Shown: in pieces, positions 8,829 to 17,555 of the stretch
How the letters are laid out: each line of letters opens with the position of its first letter
Position numbering within the stretch: the stretch's first letter is position 1
DNA from: Clostridia bacterium
GTDB taxonomy: Bacteria; Bacillota; Clostridia; TANB77; CAG-508
Length of the DNA: 64,000 nt
Assembly: GCA_017528375.1 (NCBI GenBank)
Contig: JAFXOY010000160.1
Coordinates: 37,398 to 101,397 of the forward strand
Reading direction: 5' to 3'
The notes under the pieces: generated by a model
Told to the model about the DNA's origin: nothing
Databases searched by the model: none
The model's input: only the letters and a program-made list of their open reading frames with translations
Program-made: the position numbers and the translations under genes

Positions 8829-9644
8829 TTAAGCTTTAACGACTTTACTCCAAACTGTACTAAATAAAAGCACACCGATATAAACCATAACAATACTTGC
8901 ACCTGTTGGTAAGTTTAATAATGATGATACAACTAATCCAAACAAGAAGCATAGAATTGATATAATTACTGACATTATTGCCATTCCCTTAAATGAATGT
9001 GTTATCTTTCTAGCTATAATTGCTGGGAATACTATTAAGCTTGAAATTAGCAAAGTTCCCATCATTCTCATTCCTATTACAACAACTAAGGCTGTAAATA
9101 ATGCAATTAAGAATTGATAGAATGTAACATTAATTCCGCAGACTTTTGCATATTTTTCATCATATGTTATCATAAAAAGTCTATTGTAAAAGAACATATA
9201 CGCAATTACCAATAATACTGATAAAACAATACTTATAATTACATCTGTTTTTGTCATTGTTAAAATACTTCCAAACATGTAGTTATAAACGTCTATATTA
9301 AATCCACTTGTCAATGCTGTTATAATAACCCCAAATGCTAGTGCACCTGCTGAAACCAATGCTATTGTTATATCTCCTGATTCACCCTGCTTCTGGCTAA
9401 TTATCAAAATAATAAATGACGAAACAATTACAATTGGAATTGCTACATACATTTGTGGTAAGTTTAATACTAGTGCCAAAGAAAGAGCAGCAAATGAAAC
9501 TTCTCCTAGTCCATGACCTATCATTGAATATCTTTTTAGTACTAATATAACCCCTATTAATGCTGCACAGAATGATATAGCAATTCCACAAACTAATGCT
9601 CTTTGCATAAAAGGGTATTGTAATAAATTAATTAAAAATTCCAT
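8829..9644 (-). CDS. znuB: zinc/metal ABC transporter permease (ZnuB/AdcB type)
   Basis: Polytopic membrane ORF. The start MEFLINLLQYPFMQRALV at 9644 (GAAGGGG SD) is preferred over the ORF-track start at 9662. Last gene of the zur-znuA-znuC-znuB arrangement. Confidence 0.8.
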   Translation of the reverse strand: MEFLINLLQYPFMQRALVCGIAISFCAALIGVILVLKRYSMIGHGLGEVSFAALSLALVLNLPQMYVAIPIVIVSSFIILIISQKQGESGDITIALVSAGALAFGVIITALTSGFNIDVYNYMFGSILTMTKTDVIISIVLSVLLVIAYMFFYNRLFMITYDEKYAKVCGINVTFYQFLIALFTALVVVIGMRMMGTLLISSLIVFPAIIARKITHSFKGMAIMSVIISILCFLFGLVVSSLLNLPTGASIVMVYIGVLLFSTVWSKVVKA

Positions 9645-9646
9645 TT

Positions 9647-10309
9647 TTATAACCCCTTCCATTCTTTAATATTTCCATCAAATTTTATACTAGATGCCAT
9701 GCAAATTACACGAGCATCGGCATTTTCAACTTCATCTAAATCATGAGTAGCCATGATAATTGTTAAACCTTTTTCTTTATTCAATTTACTTAAAGTATCA
9801 TAAAATTCTTTTGTAATATTAACATCAAGACCACTACAAGGCTCATCTAGTATTAATAATTCTGGCTCTCTTATCAATGCTCTAGCGAGCATAATTCTTT
9901 GCCTTTGGCCTCCTGATAAATCTCCAATTTGTCTGTTTGTAAGGCTTCTTATTCCTAATAAATCACATACTTCTTCAAATTTTTTATGATCTTCTTTTTT
10001 ATAAAAAGGTAATACTCTATGCTTTTGAACACCTGTCATAATAATTTCTTTTGCTGTTGCTGGGAAATTTAAATCAACTAAATTATTTTGTGCTAGATAT
10101 GAAATCTTATCTGCATCTATATTTTTGCTAATTTCTCCTGAATCTTTCTTATTAAGACCTACAATAGTCTTTAGAAGAGTACTCTTACCAGAACCATTTT
10201 CACCAATAAGACATACATATTCACCTTGTTTAACAGTGAATGAAATATCTTTTATAGCAACATGTCCATTATATGTAGTTGTTACATTTTTTACTTCAAT
10301 TATATTCAT
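9647..10309 (-). CDS. znuC: zinc/metal ABC transporter ATP-binding protein
   Basis: The start at 10309 (MNIIEVKNV...) has AAAGGAAAAG upstream. Walker A GENGSGKST, signature LSGGQRQR, Walker B LLILDEP. The ORF-track start at 10396 lies inside a repeat and is rejected. Confidence 0.9.
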   Translation of the reverse strand: MNIIEVKNVTTTYNGHVAIKDISFTVKQGEYVCLIGENGSGKSTLLKTIVGLNKKDSGEISKNIDADKISYLAQNNLVDLNFPATAKEIIMTGVQKHRVLPFYKKEDHKKFEEVCDLLGIRSLTNRQIGDLSGGQRQRIMLARALIREPELLILDEPCSGLDVNITKEFYDTLSKLNKEKGLTIIMATHDLDEVENADARVICMASSIKFDGNIKEWKGL

Positions 10310-10326
10310 TTTACTTTTCCTTTCTG

Positions 10327-10395
10327 TGACACATTTGGGGACGGTCTTTTTTGTGTCATTTTTGAAACATTTTAAGACCGTCCAGGAATGTTTCA
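10327..10395. repeat. family A element (two units, inverted) inside the znu operon
   Basis: TGACACATTTGGGGACGGTCTTTTTTGTGTCA, then TTTT, then TGAAACATTTTAAGACCGTCCAGGAATGTTTCA. It fills the znuA-znuC spacer (znuA stop 10402, znuC start 10309). Confidence 0.9.
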
Positions 10396-10401
10396 AATAT
10401 G

Positions 10402-11406
10402 TTATAGAGCTTGCTTTAAGTTTTCTAAATTCTGTTGCATAATGCTTATATAAGTTGCTCCATTTTGCATTTCTTCTTTTGATACATTGTGTACCGTGTT
10501 AAATACTAACATTTTTGTGCCTGTTGCTTCTGAAATTGTTTTTGCTATGTTTCCTGATGAGTATTCTTTATAAAAAACTACCGGAATATGATTTTCCTTT
10601 ATGTAGTCTATTACTTCTTTTATTTGTGTTGTACTTGGCTCTGCACTTTCTCCACATGTTTCGTAGGCACTTATAAACTCTAAATTATATCTTTCAACAA
10701 AGTACGCATATGCAAATGCTCCACCAAATGCAATTTTATTATTGTTTGAGTTTTTTACTGTTTGTTCAAATTGATTATCTAACTCTTGGATTTCTGCTAT
10801 GTATTTCTCTGCATTACTTTTGTAATATTCTGCATTTTCTGGATCAATTTTAATTAACTCTTCTTCAATGCTTTTTGCCATTTTTATCGCATATTGAGGA
10901 TTTAACCAGATGTGTGGATCATATGTATGATTATGTTCATCTTCATGGTGGTGTACGTGCTCATGTTCATGTTCATGCTCTTCATCTTCATCTGCATCTG
11001 AATGATTTTCATGTTCTTCCTCAAATTCTTCTACATTTATTAAATCTACTGTTTTTGACAAATCTAAAACATTAATATCATTCTTCATTCCAGAAATTAG
11101 ATTTTCTGCCCATGGCTCCATTTCAGCTCCTGTAAAAACAAATAAGTCAGATTCGTTTATTTGAACCATATCTTGTGGAGTTGGCTCATATGTATGGCTT
11201 TCAGTTCCAGGTGGCAATAATAATGTAACATTAACTTTATCTCCTCCGATTTGTTTTGCAAAATCATATTGCGGGAATAATGTTGCAATCACTTCAATTT
11301 TTTCTCCCTTATTTTTATTGGCTGGATGTTTTACATTGATAATCAAAGCTGTTATTGCTGTAAAAATCAATATTAAAACAAGCACAAATGCTATATTCTT
11401 TTTCAT
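10402..11406 (-). CDS. znuA: zinc ABC transporter substrate-binding lipoprotein with His-rich loop
   Basis: 334 aa with an N-terminal signal/anchor. ZnuA/AdcA-like fold cues. Acidic His-rich loop HENHSDADEDEEHEHEHEHVHHHEDEHNH. Confidence 0.85.
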   Translation of the reverse strand: MKKNIAFVLVLILIFTAITALIINVKHPANKNKGEKIEVIATLFPQYDFAKQIGGDKVNVTLLLPPGTESHTYEPTPQDMVQINESDLFVFTGAEMEPWAENLISGMKNDINVLDLSKTVDLINVEEFEEEHENHSDADEDEEHEHEHEHVHHHEDEHNHTYDPHIWLNPQYAIKMAKSIEEELIKIDPENAEYYKSNAEKYIAEIQELDNQFEQTVKNSNNNKIAFGGAFAYAYFVERYNLEFISAYETCGESAEPSTTQIKEVIDYIKENHIPVVFYKEYSSGNIAKTISEATGTKMLVFNTVHNVSKEEMQNGATYISIMQQNLENLKQAL

Positions 11407-11816
11407 TTTTTTCTACACTCCTTACATATTCCATATAAAACGGTTTTTATACTATCTAATTCAAAATCGTGTTCTTTTGAAATGTGTTTTTGTATTTCTT
11501 TTAATTCATCACATTCTAAATGGATTATTTTATTACATTTCTCACATTTCAAATGATAATGCTCATTACAATTCTCATCTTCTATATATTGATAACAGCT
11601 ACAATTTCTGCCCTCTACCATATATTTTTTTATGATATTTTGCTTTACTAAATCATTTAAAAATCTGTATACTGTTGCCTTTCCTATGTTTTCATTTATT
11701 GATTTAAAATACTGTAATATTTCATCTGCTGTTATGTTTGAATCTTGATTTTCCTTCAAATATGTAAGTATTTTTTCTCTTTGTTTTGTATTATATCTAT
11801 TTTTCAAATTTATCAC
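11403..11816 (-). CDS. zur: Fur-family regulator, probably Zur
   Basis: 137 aa with a winged-helix N-terminus and HYHLKCEKCNKIIH..C..C metal sites. It overlaps the znuA start by 4 nt and heads the zinc transporter operon. Confidence 0.8.
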   Translation of the reverse strand: MINLKNRYNTKQREKILTYLKENQDSNITADEILQYFKSINENIGKATVYRFLNDLVKQNIIKKYMVEGRNCSCYQYIEDENCNEHYHLKCEKCNKIIHLECDELKEIQKHISKEHDFELDSIKTVLYGICKECRKK

Positions 11817-11905
11817 CTCATTACATTGAATTTGAAACTGAGTATCATTTTATCATAGCTGTTTAATTATGTCAATACATATTTAAACATATTACTAAAT
11901 AAAAT

Positions 11906-11948
11906 AAAAAACTATCAATAAAGCAAAATGCCTTATTGATAGTTTTTT
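11906..11948 (-). terminator. intrinsic terminator
   Basis: AAAAAACTATCAATAA-gcaaaatgcc-TTATTGATAGTTTTTT, just downstream of the gene ending at 11959. Confidence 0.7.
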
Positions 11949-11958
11949 GTAGCTGTTC

Positions 11959-12240
11959 TTAATGATTCATTAATTCTCTTATTCTTTCTTCTCTACGTAA
12001 TTTTTCAGCCTCATCTAACTCAAGGACTTCTGTTACGTTTTTTCCCGCATGCTCCACAACATAAATATTGCCTTCTGCCACAGGAAACTGTTTGTCAAAA
12101 AACAAACTTACAGGGAGTGTAACATAATCGCAGTCAACTTTTCCATAAATGTCTGGTGTGCTTAGATAACTTGGAATACTTTCAACTTCACAAGCAACCC
12201 GTGTGCCTTCCGTTTTTTCAATGCATAAAAAACTTCTCAT
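11959..12240 (-). CDS. DUF3006-like protein
   Basis: 93 aa. It resembles the small DUF3006 proteins that commonly follow ComEC-like MBL hydrolases. More GC-rich than its surroundings. Contains an in-frame CGG (12199-12201). Confidence 0.55.
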   Translation of the reverse strand: MRSFLCIEKTEGTRVACEVESIPSYLSTPDIYGKVDCDYVTLPVSLFFDKQFPVAEGNIYVVEHAGKNVTEVLELDEAEKLRREERIRELMNH

Positions 12241-12254
12241 AGATAAGCCCCCTT

Positions 12255-13280
12255 TTAGTTTTTAGCAAGACTGACTCCATCTTTATAGTCTCCTGGTTTC
12301 TTATTAAAAGAAACAGAATCACTTGTTACAGTGAGAACTATATCCCCTTGTTCATCAGTCCGGTAAACTTTGACTTTGCGTTTTTTAAGATTTTTCATTG
12401 TTTCAGTTGATGGATGTGCGTATGAATTCCCGGTTTCGCAAGATATTAGTCCATACTCAGGATTAACCTCATCAAGAAATTTTTCACTTGTTGAAGTATT
12501 TGAACCATGATGTCCTAATTTTAAAATTTCACATTCTAATGAGATTTTAGAATTTTCAAGCATAGCCTTTTCTGCTTTGGATTCTGCATCTCCAGTCATT
12601 AAAATGTCCATTTCTCCAAACGAAACTTTGATAACAGTTGAATACTCATTAAGATTGCTGCCTGCTGCCTCAGATGATAACTGACCTACCACTCTAAAAA
12701 CTGCATCGCCAAGCTTAAATTTAGTATTCACCTTTGGATTTACCAACTTAATGTTATCTTCCTTTATTTTGTTTAAAAGTTTCATATACCATTGTGATGT
12801 AGCTAAACCATTTTCATCTGGTAAATAAACTTTTTCACATTTAAAAGAATTTAGTACATCATACATGCCACCTATATGATCATCATGTTGGTGAGTGCCA
12901 ACTATGAATTGAAGTTTACTAACTCCCTGTTTTTGCAAATAATAAACAACATCTTTTCCTGTAGACCGCGTTCCACAATCTATTAGACCGTATTTACCAT
13001 TTTGCTCAAATAAGAAGCTATCTCCTTGACCGCAATCAATCATATGGACATATAATATTCCTTCTACATTGGAAGTTCCATTTTCATTGGTTGATAATTC
13101 GTCATCTTCATCTGTAGGAATTTCGTCGTCATCCCATACAATCGGTGTATTTATGGATTCGACTACGTAGTAGTGTTTGAAATAATATCTAATCAAAAAA
13201 ACTGCTACTATGGTAATTAGTATTGCAAGTAAAATCTTTTTTAAGACCTGCAACTTGTTTTTCCGCTTGTCAATTGCCAT
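12255..13280 (-). CDS. membrane-anchored MBL-fold metallo-hydrolase (ComEC C-terminal-domain-like)
   Basis: 341 aa with an N-terminal TM helix. HQHDDHIGG (HxHxDH) motif, GHHGS, and a conserved ...VYRTDEQGDIV end. The in-frame CGG at 12360-12362 encodes the conserved Arg. Confidence 0.8.
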   Translation of the reverse strand: MAIDKRKNKLQVLKKILLAILITIVAVFLIRYYFKHYYVVESINTPIVWDDDEIPTDEDDELSTNENGTSNVEGILYVHMIDCGQGDSFLFEQNGKYGLIDCGTRSTGKDVVYYLQKQGVSKLQFIVGTHQHDDHIGGMYDVLNSFKCEKVYLPDENGLATSQWYMKLLNKIKEDNIKLVNPKVNTKFKLGDAVFRVVGQLSSEAAGSNLNEYSTVIKVSFGEMDILMTGDAESKAEKAMLENSKISLECEILKLGHHGSNTSTSEKFLDEVNPEYGLISCETGNSYAHPSTETMKNLKKRKVKVYRTDEQGDIVLTVTSDSVSFNKKPGDYKDGVSLAKN

Positions 13281-13357
13281 GTGGGAAACCTCCTTAAAAA
13301 ATAATAAAACGATTATAACATATTTTTCAATAAATTACAACCGTTTGAATTTTGCAT

Positions 13358-14152
13358 TTAATATTCTGTTATTTCTATGCTTTCGATAACTACTGGATTT
13401 GTTGGCTTATTATTTGAATCAGTTTCAGTTGCAGCAATCTTATCTACAACATCCATTCCCTCAAATACTTGCCCAAAAACAGTGTGTTTTCCAAATAAAT
13501 GCATACTTCCACCATAAATTTTATATGCAGCTAAAATATTATCTGGATATCCGTATTGACTTAGTGTTTTAGCAGTTTGCTCATCATATTTAGCTTGCTC
13601 AATAAAAAATTGGCTTCCATTTGTGTTTGAACCTGAATTTGCCATACATAAAGCACCTCTGTATGGAACTAAATCATAAGAAAACTCATCTTCAAAGCTT
13701 TTCTTCCAAATGCTTTCTCCACCATAACCTGTTCCAGTTGGATCTCCGCCTTGAATCATAAAATCATTCATAACTCTGTGAAATATAAGACCATTATAAT
13801 ATCCGTTTTTAGCATGAGTTACAAAGTTTTCTACTGCTTTAGGTGCAACATCTTTGAAGAATTTTATTTTAATATCTCCGTAATTTTTAATATGCATTAT
13901 TGCAATTGTTTCACTTTTTTCAGGCTCAGCGACTTGCTTTTTAGCTTTTTCAGCAAAATTTATTGATTCAACATCAACTCCATTTTGATTTTGGTTATTA
14001 TTTTGAGTTTTAGTTGAATTAGATTGTGTATTTGTATTATTAGCTGTGTTTGAATCAGAATTATTATTTGAACTAATATCACAACCAGTTAAACATAGAA
14101 CTACACTAGTTAATATGCTAATTAATAATAAACATTTTTTTAAAATTTTCAT
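13358..14152 (-). CDS. cyclophilin-type peptidyl-prolyl isomerase lipoprotein
   Basis: The start at 14152 (AAGGAGAA SD) gives MKILKKCLLLISILTSVVLCLTGC (lipobox). An N/Q/T-rich linker is followed by a cyclophilin core (FHRVMNDFMIQGGDP, GSQFFI). The ORF-track start at 14257 overlaps the upstream gene and is rejected. Confidence 0.85.
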   Translation of the reverse strand: MKILKKCLLLISILTSVVLCLTGCDISSNNNSDSNTANNTNTQSNSTKTQNNNQNQNGVDVESINFAEKAKKQVAEPEKSETIAIMHIKNYGDIKIKFFKDVAPKAVENFVTHAKNGYYNGLIFHRVMNDFMIQGGDPTGTGYGGESIWKKSFEDEFSYDLVPYRGALCMANSGSNTNGSQFFIEQAKYDEQTAKTLSQYGYPDNILAAYKIYGGSMHLFGKHTVFGQVFEGMDVVDKIAATETDSNNKPTNPVVIESIEITEY

Positions 14153-14162
14153 AGTTTTCTCC

Positions 14163-14573
14163 TTAATATTCCTCAATTTTAACTTGAAGCTTTTCTTCAG
14201 TTGCATACAACTTTTCAACTTCGATTTTTGTAATTTGAGTATCATCTTTGAAAGCAAATTTATTCATTGCGTCCAAAACAATTTTTACAACATTATCAAT
14301 ATCTGGTTTTTTTGTTGGACTTATTTTATTTTCTAACATTTGCTCTTTCATAGCTTTACTTGCTGATTTTGGTACTTCAAAGAAAGCTGTAATACTAACC
14401 TTTGCTCGTCCCTCCATTGATTTGTATCTTGGGTATTTAAGCAAGAAATATTGTTCTACTAGACTTTCATAATCCTTTGTTCTTGTTGGAGTATATACCT
14501 GTCCAGTATAACTATTTAATCTAGGTCTACCTTTTCCAATAATCTTTGCTGGGACTTCAAATTCATATATCAT
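14163..14573 (-). CDS. rusA: RusA-family Holliday junction resolvase
   Basis: 136 aa containing GKGRPR...YTP..T..YE...KPDIDN..K...D. The ATG overlaps the upstream stop (TAATG). Confidence 0.7.
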   Translation of the reverse strand: MIYEFEVPAKIIGKGRPRLNSYTGQVYTPTRTKDYESLVEQYFLLKYPRYKSMEGRAKVSITAFFEVPKSASKAMKEQMLENKISPTKKPDIDNVVKIVLDAMNKFAFKDDTQITKIEVEKLYATEEKLQVKIEEY

Positions 14574-16084
14574 TAGTGCATCTCTCCTACCTTTTCAACT
14601 AATATCATATTATAAGTGTAATTTTCATATCCTGTTTTAATAGTTTTTCTACTTATTACATTGTAATTATCATTATTAAATACTGTATTGTAATAATCAG
14701 AATTTTCAGAATCTATAATCCAAATTCTTCCGTTACAATCATTTAAGAAATCTAAGTTAGTATATATTTTAAGTTGTTCTCCAAAAGCTTTGTATGCAGC
14801 TTCTACTCCCCAATCTGATGGGTTGTAATAGAACTGTTTGTTATCTGTAAAATTAAGCGATACAACTGAACCAGTTCCAAAATTTGATTCATCAAAAACA
14901 ATTACATCGTCTTGTTTAACATTTTCTTTTAAATATTCTATTGGTGTCATGTTGTTCTTGTCATATGCTTCCGTTATTTGTAAATAATTACTCCAAATTG
15001 CGAAGCCTAATGTGATTACGCAAATTGCGCCTATTATGTATTTATTTTTTTCTTTAGCTATACAATAGCTTATAAAGAAAATAAATAGTCCCGTTATTAC
15101 AAATAAGTATCTGAAATATAAGATTGATGTTCTTAATACTGCTGTAATAACAATTGCAGCTAATATTACAGCAAAATATATTGCAATTGATGTTATTGCT
15201 GCAACATTATTTTTATCATTATCTGTTTTCTTGCTTTTTACTAATCTGAAAATCGCATATGCAAACACTAAAATTGCTAAAACAAATCCTATTGCATCAT
15301 ATTTTCCTTCTAAATTACCAGAGAATTGAACTCCTATTAATTGGAATAATGTTTTTGGAAATTCGAATCCTATCCAAAAACCTTTTGAAACATTACTCAA
15401 TTGCTTCATAAAATACATTATCCATGGAATGTATGCAATCAATTGAATTACTCCTGATACCATAATTTTAACAATTGATGATATCTTCTTTTGTTTTATA
15501 AAATAGAATAATAACACACAATTAATTATTCCTGCTGCCATTAGACCATAATAATGAACGTATATACATGCTAAACTAGATAATCCAAAAATAATCCAAT
15601 TTTTAATTTTTGAATCATCTTTATATAATCTATAAGCATAAATTGCAAGAATTGTAACTAGCAGTACTGCTAATGAATACATTCTAACTTCTGCAGCATA
15701 GATGCATATAACTGGTAAGAAATAAGAGAAAAATGAAAATAAAGCACCTGTCTTTTCTCCAAAATCTTTTTTAATATGAGTAAATCCAAGTATTCCAAGT
15801 AATGAAATACATACTGATGAAAATACTCTGTATGCAATAATTGTTCCATTCATTGACAATCCAAATAAATTATGTGTAATCAAATAAATAATATGTAAAA
15901 TCCAATAATACAAAATCGGATGAACATCATTTCCGCCAATCTTCCATATATCAGCAAAAGATTTATCCGCTAACCCAACTGAGTATGCCTCATCAAACCA
16001 TAAATTTGGATGAAAAATACTTATACAGTTAAATAAAATTCCTATAATTATAATTGCTATATGTATGTTTTTTATTTTTTTCAT
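14573..16084 (-). CDS. polytopic membrane glycosyltransferase (GT39/ArnT-like, tentative)
   Basis: About 503 aa from ATG 16084 (GAAAGGAAAT SD). More than 10 predicted TM helices followed by a soluble C-terminal domain. The ORF-track start at 16141 lies inside a family B repeat and is rejected. Confidence 0.55.
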   Translation of the reverse strand: MKKIKNIHIAIIIIGILFNCISIFHPNLWFDEAYSVGLADKSFADIWKIGGNDVHPILYYWILHIIYLITHNLFGLSMNGTIIAYRVFSSVCISLLGILGFTHIKKDFGEKTGALFSFFSYFLPVICIYAAEVRMYSLAVLLVTILAIYAYRLYKDDSKIKNWIIFGLSSLACIYVHYYGLMAAGIINCVLLFYFIKQKKISSIVKIMVSGVIQLIAYIPWIMYFMKQLSNVSKGFWIGFEFPKTLFQLIGVQFSGNLEGKYDAIGFVLAILVFAYAIFRLVKSKKTDNDKNNVAAITSIAIYFAVILAAIVITAVLRTSILYFRYLFVITGLFIFFISYCIAKEKNKYIIGAICVITLGFAIWSNYLQITEAYDKNNMTPIEYLKENVKQDDVIVFDESNFGTGSVVSLNFTDNKQFYYNPSDWGVEAAYKAFGEQLKIYTNLDFLNDCNGRIWIIDSENSDYYNTVFNNDNYNVISRKTIKTGYENYTYNMILVEKVGEMH

Positions 16085-16100
16085 TTTATATTTCCTTTCT

Positions 16101-16217
16101 TGCACAGTTGGGGACGCGTCCCTGCTGTGCATTTTGCACAACTGGGGACAGGTAATTTTAGCTGACCCGTCCCTGACTGTGCATTTTGCACAGTTGGGAC
16201 GCGTCCCCAGCTGTGCA
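16101..16217. repeat. family B element, full length (117 nt, three hairpin units)
   Basis: TGCACAGTTGGGGACGCGTCCCTGCTGTGCA, TTT, TGCACAACTGGGGACAGGTAATTTTAGCTGACCCGTCCCTGACTGTGCA, TTT, TGCACAGTTGGGACGCGTCCCCAGCTGTGCA. It abuts the pfk stop codon (16218-16220) and ends 16 nt from the next start codon. Confidence 0.9.
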
Positions 16218-17363
16218 CTAGTCTCCTAAACAAATTCCTATATTACGTGCTGTTTTAACTAAATCATTGTCCATGTTAACTTTTCTGATATTGCTTTCTG
16301 CTGTATTACCTGAAACTGCGCCGATTTTCTTGTTGTTTCCAACTACATCTTCTAATGGTACACAATCTAATTTGCCATCTTTTATAACTGTTAATACATT
16401 AAATTTTCCTTCTAATGCCAATTCCATGGCTTTTGAACCATACTTTGTTGATAAGACTCTATCGAATGCTGTTGGAGTACCTCCTCTTTGAACATACCCT
16501 AAAACTGTACATCTTGCTTCTAGTCCAGTTAATTCTTCTAATTGTTTTGTAACTATTTGACCGATTCCACCTAGTTTTGTATTATCAACACCTGAACCGT
16601 TGTCTCTTGTTCCTTCAACTGTAATTGTTCCGCCTTTTGGCATTGCACCTTCAGCAACTACAACAATACTGAATTTTTTCCCTTTTTCCTGTCTATGTTT
16701 AATTTTAGCAACAACTTTATCCATATCATATGGAATTTCTGGAATTAATGCAACATCTGCTCCTCCTGCTATTGCAGATTCTAATGCTATCCATCCTGCA
16801 TATCTTCCCATTACCTCTAAAACCATTATCCTATGATGAGTTTCTCCTGTTGTGTGAAGTCTGTCAATTGCATCTGAAGCAACTGAAACAGCTGTGTTAT
16901 ATCCAAAAGTAATATCTGTACATGCAACATCATTGTCTATAGTTTTTGGAACACCTATAACCTTTATACCTTTTAAACTAAAATCTCTAGCTGACTTTTG
17001 AGTTCCATCTCCACCTAGTGTGAAAAGGCAATCAAATCCATCATTTTTTATATTTTCAACACAGATATCTGACATATCTTTATATACAACTTTACCATCT
17101 AATTGTGTAACTTTATAATTAAATACATTTGCATTTGTTGAAGAACCTATAATAGAACCTCCTTTAGGTAAAATTCCTGAAGCTTTTCTACTATCAGAAG
17201 TGCTTAATGGAATAAAGTCGTTTTTTAATAAACCTCTATATCCATCTATAAATCCATAGCATTCAACACCATGCTCTTCTGCAGTTTTAACAATTGCTCT
17301 AATTACTGCATTAAATCCCGAAACATCCCCTCCGTTAGCTAAAATAGCTACCTTTTTTATCAT
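16218..17363 (-). CDS. pfk: 6-phosphofructokinase (long form; GGDG motif suggests ATP-dependent)
   Basis: ILANGGDVSGFNAVIR, LGGDGTQKSA, PKTIDNDV, MGRYAGWIAL. The ATG at 17363 has better SD spacing (GGAGG + 8 nt) than the ORF-track start at 17369. Confidence 0.9.
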   Translation of the reverse strand: MIKKVAILANGGDVSGFNAVIRAIVKTAEEHGVECYGFIDGYRGLLKNDFIPLSTSDSRKASGILPKGGSIIGSSTNANVFNYKVTQLDGKVVYKDMSDICVENIKNDGFDCLFTLGGDGTQKSARDFSLKGIKVIGVPKTIDNDVACTDITFGYNTAVSVASDAIDRLHTTGETHHRIMVLEVMGRYAGWIALESAIAGGADVALIPEIPYDMDKVVAKIKHRQEKGKKFSIVVVAEGAMPKGGTITVEGTRDNGSGVDNTKLGGIGQIVTKQLEELTGLEARCTVLGYVQRGGTPTAFDRVLSTKYGSKAMELALEGKFNVLTVIKDGKLDCVPLEDVVGNNKKIGAVSGNTAESNIRKVNMDNDLVKTARNIGICLGD

Positions 17364-17450
17364 TTGCATGTCCTCCTTTGTTTTCCATTATATTCTTTAT
17401 TATTATACCAATATTTTGTAAATTTACAACAGGAAATTATAAAGTTTTAA

Positions 17451-17518
17451 TAACATTTTATGACCGTCCCTTTTTGGGACATTTTTGTCCCATTTTGAGT
17501 CCGTCCCCAATTGTGTCA
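17451..17518. repeat. family A element (reverse-orientation units)
   Basis: TAACATTTTATGACCGTCCCTTTTTGGGACATTTTTGTCCCATTTTGAGTCCGTCCCCAATTGTGTCA. Confidence 0.85.
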
Positions 17519-17555
17519 AACAAAAAAAGAAGCTTTGTTTTAACAAAGCTTCTTT

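Noticed and set aside
11817-11905. Zur/Fur box upstream of zur-znuA
   Set aside because: Only a weak AT-rich TGATAAAATGATA-like segment is present, with no clear palindrome matching the Firmicute Zur consensus that I could verify by eye.
12360-12362. CGG as an unassigned or obligatorily frameshifting codon in this organism
   Set aside because: In-frame CGG encodes the conserved Arg of ...VYRTDEQG... in the MBL hydrolase. It also occurs in-frame at 12199, 27366, 30813, 32248 and 32779, where a +1 shift would hit stop codons almost immediately.
14163-14573. Prophage or integrative element inferred from rusA, the ORF6N protein and AbiE
   Set aside because: No integrase, terminase, capsid, tail or repressor genes and no att-like direct repeats are seen around any of them. 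They are isolated genes embedded among housekeeping genes.
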